Part shown: positions 32,925 through 40,971 of the stretch, piece by piece
Layout: the number at the start of each line of letters is the position of its first letter
Numbering within the stretch: position 1 is the first letter of the stretch
DNA from: Bacteroidota bacterium
GTDB taxonomy: Bacteria > Bacteroidota > Ignavibacteria > UBA10030 > UBA8401
Assembly (NCBI GenBank): GCA_027622375.1
Contig: JAQCAB010000003.1
Location: 22,797-86,796 of the forward strand
Direction: 5' to 3'
DNA: 64,000 nt
The notes under the pieces: model-generated
What the model was told of the DNA's origin: nothing
Seen by the model: only the letters and a program-made list of their open reading frames with translations
Database searches by the model: none
Program-made: the position numbers and the translations under genes

Positions 32925-35900
32925 TTAAAACATCATTCTAACCTCAATTTTTGCAGAATGGATTGGTTTATTGGAGTAAAAAGTATTTATTCTTCCTAAA
33001 TAATATAAGCTAAAAACTAAATTTGATTCTAATCTTGTTTCAGTTGATAAATTCATAAAATAAGTTTTACCAATTTGTTTACCTTGAAGTAAATAAAATT
33101 CGTTTAAATAGTTTTTTAATAAGGAATTTATTTTACCTTCTTCTCTTATTATCTCAAATCGGAACTGACCTGCCGAAAATATTTTACTAATTAATCTTAA
33201 TGATTGCAAGTTGGTTTCGCTTTCAACAACATTATTGTAATTTGCTTTATCACTTCCAAATCCATTTTCCAATTTAAACACAATTTCAATATCCTGAATT
33301 GGTCTATATGAAATTTCAGAAAGAATATTTGATAAATCAATATTACGATTTTTATCATTTACAATTTTATAATTAGCTTTAACTAATTTTGATGATACTT
33401 CAATATTAAGGGCAATATCCTTTAATAACTGAATTTGAGTTCGTAAAGAATGTTCATTCATAAAATTAATTTCATTTGATTCTAAATATGTTGTAACTCC
33501 TTCCCGATATAAAAATCTGTATCGCATATTAAAATCACGATTATTTTCTTTATAAAATATATTCTGTTGAGCAAATAAATTTGAGTGCAAAACGTTATCA
33601 GTATTAACAGCTGATTTAAAATAATTTACGAATTGAGTTGGCTTCCCTTTTCGTTCAACTTTCAATAATAATTCATGCGATAAATTATTTAGAAATGAGA
33701 TTGATGACTCTGTATTGTTAATCAACTCATTAAATCTAATTTTAGATCGCCATGATAATTTTGTATTATTTATTTTATCATATTTGTCAGTTGGTAGAAT
33801 TATTAAATTATAATTTCCTTCAAAGCGAGTTGGTTCAAAATCTTGTTCATTTTCATAATCAACTACATTATTTTTATTCCCATCAATCCATCTATATTTT
33901 CCTTCGCCAACTTTGACTTCAATAAATCTTTTCTCAAAATTTGCTCCCTTCTCTTGCGAATTATCACCATATAAATCTAAATCAATCGCTTGTAATAACT
34001 TAATCCGAGATTGCATCCGATAAAACAAAATGTTTTCATCTGTTAATGATGTCAAAATATTTTTATAATAATTGACTTGCCGATAAGAAGAATTTATTTC
34101 AGTTCTGCTTTGTTTACCTGAATAAACAAAATTAAGCTGCGATTTATTTATTATTGAATATTTATCAAATACCCCATTATGATTTTTTTTGTCTTCAAAA
34201 TATTCATGACTTATAGCTGAAGTTATGTTCTCATTGAAATTAAAATTTATAGTTGGAATATATTTTTGGAATGAATAACTACCATTCAATAGTGAATCCG
34301 TTAACTCATTTTTTACTTTGTTTAGTTCTTCTCTATAACTAAATGTTGGATTTATGAAGTATATTTTGTCTCCAATAATAAATTCTCTTTGCTCAGTTTG
34401 AGTTGCACCTGTCGAATTATTACTAACAGTTTTATTAAATAAAAATGAAGCTTTTGGTAAATAATCTTCACTAATTATAAATGTAAGTTGGTTATAATTC
34501 GATTTTGTTGTTGATGATACGTTATTGATTCCATAATTATATTTCAGTTTTGTTGAATCATAAAGTGAATAAATAATATTGAATTCGTTTTTTGTATAAC
34601 CACCTCCAGAAGATATATTCCATTTTCTATTAAAATCTACTTCATCAATTCTATCAAATTCATTAAAATTTTTATTTTTGATAGTTCCTGACACATTAAA
34701 TGATAGTTTTCCTAAATTTTTATCATTTATTTTAATTATGTCAGATTCTGTTTTTCCACTATAAGAAAAATAGCTTCCTTCATTTCCCGTTAAATCCTTT
34801 AAAGTATTTTCATTAAATCTAGTTCCTTGAAAATTAAAACCTAAATCTGTTTTATCATTTATTTTATAAATTGATTGAATTGCTAACAATTCATTTTTTT
34901 CTGGTTTCGGGATTAATATTAAAGGAAGATAACTTCCTTTTTTAATCCCAATAAATTTAAATTCACTGCTACTTACTTTCTCATAATCTCCTTGAAAATA
35001 TCCAATAAATGTAAATTTAATGGAATAAATTGATTCAGTACTGTTTCGTAAAAAAGAATAATAAATAAAATTATTATTTTCGATAATAGTATCTTTTTTA
35101 ACATAATCCCCTTTACCTATTCCAGTAATTGAATCTCGACCTACTAACAAAACTCCACTTTTTCCAATTAAGGAATCTGAACTTGATCGCAAAATGTTTT
35201 TATCGTCTTCTGACAAAATAAAATCTGTAGTTACTTCAATGTCATCCACTTCACGATGATATGAAGTATTAAATGTAATTGAATTTGATAAATTTGATTC
35301 AATAGTTAAACCAGAAAGTGATCTCGCATAATTTCTTTCACTATATTCAAAATCAATTACAATTCTTGAATAACTTGTTACAATATTTTTTGAGCTGAAA
35401 GTTAACTCTCCAGTTGAATATTCAATAATGTAATCATTTTGTTCACCTCGGTTTAACAATAAACCATCCAGATAAACTTTTTCAGTCCCAGCAATTATAA
35501 TGATATATTTTAAATTATTTTTTCCATAAAGTTTATATGGACCTTGAATTCCATCAATTGGAGAAATAATATTTGAAGTATAAACTCCGCGATTAACAGC
35601 AATAATTCCTTTTGCATTTGTCCTTTCAAAAACATTTTGGTATTCAATTAACGCACCTTGAACTTTTCGATTTAAATTATTTTCAGGACTTAATTTTGCG
35701 GTGTATTGTAAATCTCCGAAAGTAGTTCTGTACTTTGGACCTTTTACTGAAATAAAAACATTGTCAATTTCTCGTAATGTTTGTGTGTTGCCTTGAGGTT
35801 GAATTGGAATATTTTGATCGGTTAATGATGCTATCACATCAACATCTTTTGAAAGTTTTCCTGATAAATCTAATCTAAAAGCTGAGTTTAAAGAAAAATC

Positions 35901-36158
35901 TGTATTTGATGCGATTGAAATTCCCCTAACAATCATTCCTCTCTTAACTAATTTATCTTCACTTAATTGTTTAGAAGTTTTATTTACTTCTCTAAATTGA
36001 AGAGAATTATTTTTTAGAGAATCAATTGTATGATGAAAATATATTTTTTTTAAGTGAAAACCTATTTTGACAGTATCATCACTTTGAGAAAATGATATTG
36101 AGAAAATAAATAATAAAAGTAAATAGATTTTTGGTATAAGAAAATTAGTTCGTTGCAA
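32925..36158 (-). CDS. Large predicted outer-membrane beta-barrel protein with SprA-like N-terminal motifs
   Basis: Signal peptide, amphipathic beta-strand pattern throughout, C-terminal Phe (EVRMMF); GTEKVYLDG..L.RG...DY.I.Y.TGELTF segment. Confidence 0.6.
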   Translation of the reverse strand: MQRTNFLIPKIYLLLLFIFSISFSQSDDTVKIGFHLKKIYFHHTIDSLKNNSLQFREVNKTSKQLSEDKLVKRGMIVRGISIASNTDFSLNSAFRLDLSGKLSKDVDVIASLTDQNIPIQPQGNTQTLREIDNVFISVKGPKYRTTFGDLQYTAKLSPENNLNRKVQGALIEYQNVFERTNAKGIIAVNRGVYTSNIISPIDGIQGPYKLYGKNNLKYIIIIAGTEKVYLDGLLLNRGEQNDYIIEYSTGELTFSSKNIVTSYSRIVIDFEYSERNYARSLSGLTIESNLSNSITFNTSYHREVDDIEVTTDFILSEDDKNILRSSSDSLIGKSGVLLVGRDSITGIGKGDYVKKDTIIENNNFIYYSFLRNSTESIYSIKFTFIGYFQGDYEKVSSSEFKFIGIKKGSYLPLILIPKPEKNELLAIQSIYKINDKTDLGFNFQGTRFNENTLKDLTGNEGSYFSYSGKTESDIIKINDKNLGKLSFNVSGTIKNKNFNEFDRIDEVDFNRKWNISSGGGYTKNEFNIIYSLYDSTKLKYNYGINNVSSTTKSNYNQLTFIISEDYLPKASFLFNKTVSNNSTGATQTEQREFIIGDKIYFINPTFSYREELNKVKNELTDSLLNGSYSFQKYIPTINFNFNENITSAISHEYFEDKKNHNGVFDKYSIINKSQLNFVYSGKQSRTEINSSYRQVNYYKNILTSLTDENILFYRMQSRIKLLQAIDLDLYGDNSQEKGANFEKRFIEVKVGEGKYRWIDGNKNNVVDYENEQDFEPTRFEGNYNLIILPTDKYDKINNTKLSWRSKIRFNELINNTESSISFLNNLSHELLLKVERKGKPTQFVNYFKSAVNTDNVLHSNLFAQQNIFYKENNRDFNMRYRFLYREGVTTYLESNEINFMNEHSLRTQIQLLKDIALNIEVSSKLVKANYKIVNDKNRNIDLSNILSEISYRPIQDIEIVFKLENGFGSDKANYNNVVESETNLQSLRLISKIFSAGQFRFEIIREEGKINSLLKNYLNEFYLLQGKQIGKTYFMNLSTETRLESNLVFSLYYLGRINTFYSNKPIHSAKIEVRMMF

Positions 36159-36210
36159 TATTCTAATATTTAAAGTATCAACTTTGCTTTTTGAACCTTT
36201 CTTTTTATAG

Positions 36211-36295
36211 TACCAAAAGTCGGACTCGAACCGACACTCCTTTAAAGGGAACTGGATTTTGAGTCCAGCGCGTCTACCAATTCCGCCATTTTGGC
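36211..36295 (-). tRNA. tRNA-Leu (CAA), long variable arm; CCA not encoded
   Basis: GCCAAAA/TTTTGGT acceptor stem, TGGCGGAATTGGTAGACGC D-arm, CTGGA-CTCAAAA-TCCAG anticodon arm, GGTTCGAGTCC T-arm. Confidence 0.96.
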
Positions 36296-36344
36296 AATTA
36301 TATTCTTATAAATATAAAAATAAATTTTGAAATTATTGATTGAA

Positions 36345-37229
36345 TTAATCGGCTACAATAACTTTTAACTTATCAGAAATAAGATTTATTTTTGCCCATT
36401 TAATATTTCTTCCAAGTAATTCACCATCTGCATGTAATGGAATTCCACCATCACATTCTATTTTTATTTCAGAATCTTTAAAATATTTAACAAGGGGATT
36501 TAAAATATGTGTACCCATTAATGAACGAGGCAATAATTTAAATAATGTAAAAGTAGAAGCTATTTTTACTAAACAAATATCAAGTTGTGAATCAGAAATA
36601 TTTGCTTCTGGAGTTAATTTAAATCCACCACCTGCATATTGTCCGTTACCAATAGCACAAAAAGAAATTGTTGAAGTAATTGATTCACTATTTGTTATAA
36701 TTCGAATTTCTCTTCCAGTTATTGTAAATAAAGTTTTAATAGCAGCAAACAAATACTTTGGAAAACCTTTTAACCATTTTATTTTTGTGGCAGAATATGC
36801 TACATCAGCATCAAGCCCAAACCCCAATCCATTTATAAAATATTGCTTCTGATTATCATCTAATTCAACACTCCAAACATCTGATTCAATAACTTTTGTC
36901 GAAAAGCTATTGTTTAATAAATTTCTCAATGGAACTTGTTTAAGCATTTTTACAAAATCGTTTCCAGTTCCAGCAGGAATAAATGCAACTTTATTTTTCT
37001 TTAAATCAATATTATTTATCACATTATTACAAGTTCCATCACCACCAACAACAAATAGTGTTGAATGTTTTTTACTTATTTTCTGTAAAACTTCTTTTGT
37101 AGATGAAGTTGCATTTGTAAAAACCGGAATTGCTAATTTATCACTTTCAATTATTTGTTTAATAATTTTCAGAATTTTAAGTCCTTTGCCAGAATAAATA
37201 TTTATAAAAACTGCAGGATTTTCAGACAT
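36345..37229 (-). CDS. Diacylglycerol kinase-family lipid kinase (YegS/BmrU-like)
   Basis: VGGDGT, PAGTGNDF, GNGQYAGGG, HADGE. Confidence 0.9.
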   Translation of the reverse strand: MSENPAVFINIYSGKGLKILKIIKQIIESDKLAIPVFTNATSSTKEVLQKISKKHSTLFVVGGDGTCNNVINNIDLKKNKVAFIPAGTGNDFVKMLKQVPLRNLLNNSFSTKVIESDVWSVELDDNQKQYFINGLGFGLDADVAYSATKIKWLKGFPKYLFAAIKTLFTITGREIRIITNSESITSTISFCAIGNGQYAGGGFKLTPEANISDSQLDICLVKIASTFTLFKLLPRSLMGTHILNPLVKYFKDSEIKIECDGGIPLHADGELLGRNIKWAKINLISDKLKVIVAD

Positions 37230-38116
37230 TAAATATTTAGTATGGAAAATACTTTTTGATATTTAGGATCAATATTTATTGAACCAATTGATATTGTGTG
37301 TGCAGAACCTTGAAGCATTATCGAATCAGTATCAGCTGAAAGAATAATTTTTAATTTTTCACCACTTTTTACTAAAACAGAACATTCATTTTCAACAAAT
37401 CCCAATTTATGTGCAATAACTACACTTGCTGAAGAGCCTGTACCACAGGCGAGCGTTTCCTTTTCAACACCTCTTTCATAAGTTCTGATTTTTATAGTTG
37501 ATTTATCAATTACTTTACAAAAATTTACATTTGTTCCATTTGCAAAAATATTATGATAACGAATTTCTCTCCCAATTTTATTTACACCTATTTCTTCAAG
37601 TTGATTTGAGAGTATATTTATATTTTCATCCAAAAATATTACAACATGTGGAGCTCCTGTATCGACAAAATTATATTTCAGATTCAAATTTTGTAAATTA
37701 ATATTTTGGTTCAAAATAAGATTTGTAGCTGGATTTAATTTTAATTGAATTTCATTCCCAATTACTTCACCAAAGTATAAATCACTACCGGCGTAAAATT
37801 TTAAATTATTATTATTTGAAATATTATTTTGCAAAACAAATCTTATCGCACATCTGCCACCATTTCCACACATCATTCCAAAACTTCCATCTGAATTGTA
37901 ATAATGCATTTCAAAATCTGCTTCACTTTTATTTTCAATAAAAATTGCACCATCAGCATTTAAATATTTATCAGAATTACATAATTGTTTAGTTATTTCA
38001 GATTTCTCGATAATAATATTTTCACGATTATCAATCATGTAAAAAGTATTACCAGCACCCGACATGTAACTATATTTTACTGTGTTAGTTTTATTTTGAA
38101 TTTCAATAGATTCCAT
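37229..38116 (-). CDS. dapF: Diaminopimelate epimerase
   Basis: GAGN, MCGNGGRC, DTGAPH, TYERGVE.ETLACGTG. Confidence 0.96.
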   Translation of the reverse strand: MESIEIQNKTNTVKYSYMSGAGNTFYMIDNRENIIIEKSEITKQLCNSDKYLNADGAIFIENKSEADFEMHYYNSDGSFGMMCGNGGRCAIRFVLQNNISNNNNLKFYAGSDLYFGEVIGNEIQLKLNPATNLILNQNINLQNLNLKYNFVDTGAPHVVIFLDENINILSNQLEEIGVNKIGREIRYHNIFANGTNVNFCKVIDKSTIKIRTYERGVEKETLACGTGSSASVVIAHKLGFVENECSVLVKSGEKLKIILSADTDSIMLQGSAHTISIGSINIDPKYQKVFSILNI

Positions 38117-38125
38117 AATAAAAAG

Positions 38126-38478
38126 TGGAGGTGCGGGGAGTCGAACCCCGGTCCGAAAAAGTGATTATTAAATCTTCTCCATGCTCAGTTTAGCATCTAA
38201 CATTTCTTTTATTGTATACATGCCAAACTTTCTACAATAAAATAGATGGTTAAAATTTCATTATAAAGTTACCATCAAGCTTTACAACAATCCTTTCTGA
38301 TTCGACATCGCAGTAACAAGGAAAGGCACTCGTAACTTTGATGTGCTACTTAAATATTAAGCAGCAAGTGCGTAGTTTGAATTTGCACCTATTTTTTCCA
38401 GTTGTTTTACGTGCACCCGGAGCGCACGGCATGCTTCTACTTAACAATCCGCAATCCCGTCAAAACCAAATCACCCCC
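38126..38478 (-). ncRNA. ssrA: tmRNA; encoded tag ANSNYALAA* at 38386-38357
   Basis: 5' GGGGGTGATTTGGTTTTGAC pairs with 3' GGGGTTCGACTCCCCGCACCTCCA; internal GCA AAT TCA AAC TAC GCA CTT GCT GCT TAA. Confidence 0.96.
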
Positions 38479-38488
38479 CAAAAGTTTA

Positions 38489-38519
38489 CAAATTTAATAC
38501 TTCCAGTGGAGAATATCAA
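38489..38519 (-). promoter_or_regulatory. Predicted ssrA promoter TTGATA-N17-TAAATT(TG), overlapping the 3' end of the upstream CDS
   Basis: Minus strand TTGATA ttctccactggaagtat TAAATTTG about 10 nt before the mature tmRNA 5' end. Confidence 0.55.
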
Positions 38520-39333
38520 TATACTGAAGTAAAATTTGGCTTTCTATAAAATTTTCCATTTTTTCGTAAGAGGATATCATATTTCTGATCATTCGTTCAA
38601 GCATTTGCTTTGTACTGACAGGAACCAAAATGTCATCATAAAAGTTAAAGCCAGATCTTTCAACTAAATTTTTACAATCTTTTTTTGTGATTAGCTTTCC
38701 GTAAGAAAATGGATCAACATAAATAGTTTCATCGTACACATCAAGTGCAACGATAAAATGACCGGGTAACCCAATTCCTTTTAACGGAATATTTAATCTT
38801 TGCGCAACAAACATATAGATAAATGAAAGTGAAAGTGGAATTCCCATTTTAGTTTCCAAAACTTTATCAATTAAGTGATTTGAAAGTAATTGATAGTTTT
38901 CGACATTTGGAGTAAAATTCCTCTTTACAAATAAATAATTACTGATTTTTTCAAGAATATCTGTTGTTAATATATCAGTTGAAATATGTGATTTTAAATC
39001 TTTTGCATATTCATTTAAGACATTTTTATAAATAGAAGTTTGTAAAAATGGATTTACTGTTTTTGATAAAATAAAAACACCTTCTTCTAAATCAGGATCC
39101 TCTTTTGATGAAATGAATTCTCTAAATAATTTAAGCGTTTCAGTATGAATTATTTTAGATTTTATTTTTTCAGCTCGCTGTTTAAATAACTCATTTTCAT
39201 TTTCACAATGATTAAGTTCATTCAAAGCATCATATCCATACTCCAGCAATTTTAATTCAACTACAGTATAAATCTCATCATCAGGATCATCTAATAATTT
39301 TAATAAAGAAGTTATTTTTAATTTTTCATTCAT
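38494..39333 (-). CDS. SirB1/YchA-like transglutaminase-core family protein
   Basis: LLDDPD, GIPLSLS..Y..VAQRL, GIGLPGHF, YVDPF..GK. Confidence 0.85.
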   Translation of the reverse strand: MNEKLKITSLLKLLDDPDDEIYTVVELKLLEYGYDALNELNHCENENELFKQRAEKIKSKIIHTETLKLFREFISSKEDPDLEEGVFILSKTVNPFLQTSIYKNVLNEYAKDLKSHISTDILTTDILEKISNYLFVKRNFTPNVENYQLLSNHLIDKVLETKMGIPLSLSFIYMFVAQRLNIPLKGIGLPGHFIVALDVYDETIYVDPFSYGKLITKKDCKNLVERSGFNFYDDILVPVSTKQMLERMIRNMISSYEKMENFIESQILLQYIDILHWKY

Positions 39334-40168
39334 TTTTAAAATATTTAGGATAATTTTTAATTAAACTTGTTTTTAATTTATTGAATGCTTCTTGTGGACT
39401 ATTTGCATAATTAAATAATTCTAAATCTTTTTTACTTATCAATTCTAAATTTAGTAATTCATCAAAATTAATAATTTTATCCCAAAATTCTTTACCATAA
39501 AGTATTACGAAGATCTTCTTTTTAATTTTTTTTGTTTGTGATAAAGTAAGTAATTCCATCATTTCATCAATAGTTCCAAATCCCCCAGGAAATGCAATTA
39601 ATGCTTTACCCAAATACATAAACCAATATTTACGCATGAAAAAATAATGGAATTCAAAATTTAAATGGCTCGAAATATATTTATTTGGATTTTGTTCGTG
39701 AGGTAAGCTAATGTTAAGTCCAATAGAATTACCTTTTGCTATTTTTGCACCTTTATTTGAGGCCTCCATGATTCCGGGACCCCCACCTGAACAAACAAAT
39801 ATTCTTTTTTCCTCAGGCAAGCTTAACGACCATTCAGTGATTAATCTTGCAAGCTCAACTGCATCATCATAATATTTCGATAGATCTAAAAGTTTTTTAA
39901 ATCTCTTTTTTTGATTTACATATTCTTTGTGTGAAAGTTGTTTTTTAAAATACGCAGTTTCATTTTTACGAATCAATCTGTTAATTTCAAATTTAGATTT
40001 AATTCTGGCTGATCCAAAAAATACAACTGTACTATGTATTTTATAATGTTGAAATCTACTTAAAGGTTCAACAAATTCTGATAATATTCTTATAGGTCTA
40101 GCTGAGCTCGAATTCATAAATGCTGAATTGTTATACCCTTTAACTACTCTTGTATTTTTTGTTTTCAT
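39326..40168 (-). CDS. LOG family nucleotide monophosphate nucleosidase
   Basis: FGSAR, SGGGPGIMEA.N.GA, LPHEQ..N, FFMRK, FPGGFGT.DE. Confidence 0.92.
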   Translation of the reverse strand: MKTKNTRVVKGYNNSAFMNSSSARPIRILSEFVEPLSRFQHYKIHSTVVFFGSARIKSKFEINRLIRKNETAYFKKQLSHKEYVNQKKRFKKLLDLSKYYDDAVELARLITEWSLSLPEEKRIFVCSGGGPGIMEASNKGAKIAKGNSIGLNISLPHEQNPNKYISSHLNFEFHYFFMRKYWFMYLGKALIAFPGGFGTIDEMMELLTLSQTKKIKKKIFVILYGKEFWDKIINFDELLNLELISKKDLELFNYANSPQEAFNKLKTSLIKNYPKYFKNE

Positions 40169-40911
40169 TCTGTTTTATTAAAACACTTCACTTGTTCAAG
40201 TTCAATTTTATCTTTTGTAAAAAGAGAGTCATTATTCAATCCGTTTCTTTGCACTACTCCAAGATAATAATTCTTTTTGTCGCAATTAACATTAGAAATT
40301 ATTTTTCCGACAACATTATTTTTAGAATCGATAATATCATCTGTATTTAATGATAATTCAAAATTATTTTCTTCACTTACTAATAAAACTAATTGTTTTG
40401 AAATTTTTTGATAAGTATCAAGTCGTGCAATCACTTCTTGCCCCAAGTAACAACCCTTTCCAAACGATATATATTTCCACAAATTCAACTCAAGTGGATT
40501 ATATTTTTGAAAAGTAAATTCGTTTATATTTATTTGTCCTAGATTTATATTTTTTAATTTTAATTCCTCTTCAGTATTTTCAATTACTCTAAACATTTCT
40601 AAATCAGAATTATATAACTCATTCTTAATTATTTTAACATCATCCATTATGATATATTTTTCTAAATACTTTATAGTTTCACCAAAGTATTTAGATTGTG
40701 AGGTTAAATAATACTTATCATTAAATAAATAAATATCACAAATATCTACAATCTTTCCTTTGTCATTTAAAAAACAAGTTGTAGTAAACTTTACATCCTT
40801 AAAATTAGTAAAATCGTTTGTACTTAATCTTTGTAAGAAAGTTAAAACATCCTTCCCTTCTAAAATAATTGAACTACTGTTTTTGTTAATAAAGAATTTA
40901 TTTTCTTCCAT
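40165..40911 (-). CDS. ygfZ: YgfZ/GcvT-like folate-binding Fe-S repair protein (compact)
   Basis: G.D...FLQRLSTND and the KGCYLGQE signature. Confidence 0.82.
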   Translation of the reverse strand: MEENKFFINKNSSSIILEGKDVLTFLQRLSTNDFTNFKDVKFTTTCFLNDKGKIVDICDIYLFNDKYYLTSQSKYFGETIKYLEKYIIMDDVKIIKNELYNSDLEMFRVIENTEEELKLKNINLGQININEFTFQKYNPLELNLWKYISFGKGCYLGQEVIARLDTYQKISKQLVLLVSEENNFELSLNTDDIIDSKNNVVGKIISNVNCDKKNYYLGVVQRNGLNNDSLFTKDKIELEQVKCFNKTE

Positions 40912-40920
40912 ATTTAAAAC

Positions 40921-40945
40921 TAAAAAGCACCATTTAAGGTGCTTT
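40921..40945 (-). terminator. Rho-independent terminator closing the Mot/FliF-FliG operon
   Basis: Minus strand AAAGCACC-TTAAAT-GGTGCTTT followed by TTAGTTTT, about 26 nt after the fusion gene's stop. Confidence 0.75.
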
Positions 40946-40971
40946 AAAAGTTTAAAAAATTATTAAACCAG

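Noticed and set aside
36160-38520. Integrative element at tRNA-Leu or ssrA
   Set aside because: No integrase or transposase, no duplicated tRNA/tmRNA 3' end seen, and flanking genes are housekeeping.
38338-38532. 64-aa plus-strand ORF from the track
   Set aside because: It is the antisense of the tmRNA gene.
40165-40911. ygfZ as a truncated pseudogene
   Set aside because: Shorter than usual, but a single open frame with the N-terminal motif, the KGCYxGQE signature and a C-terminal domain, coupled to the next gene.
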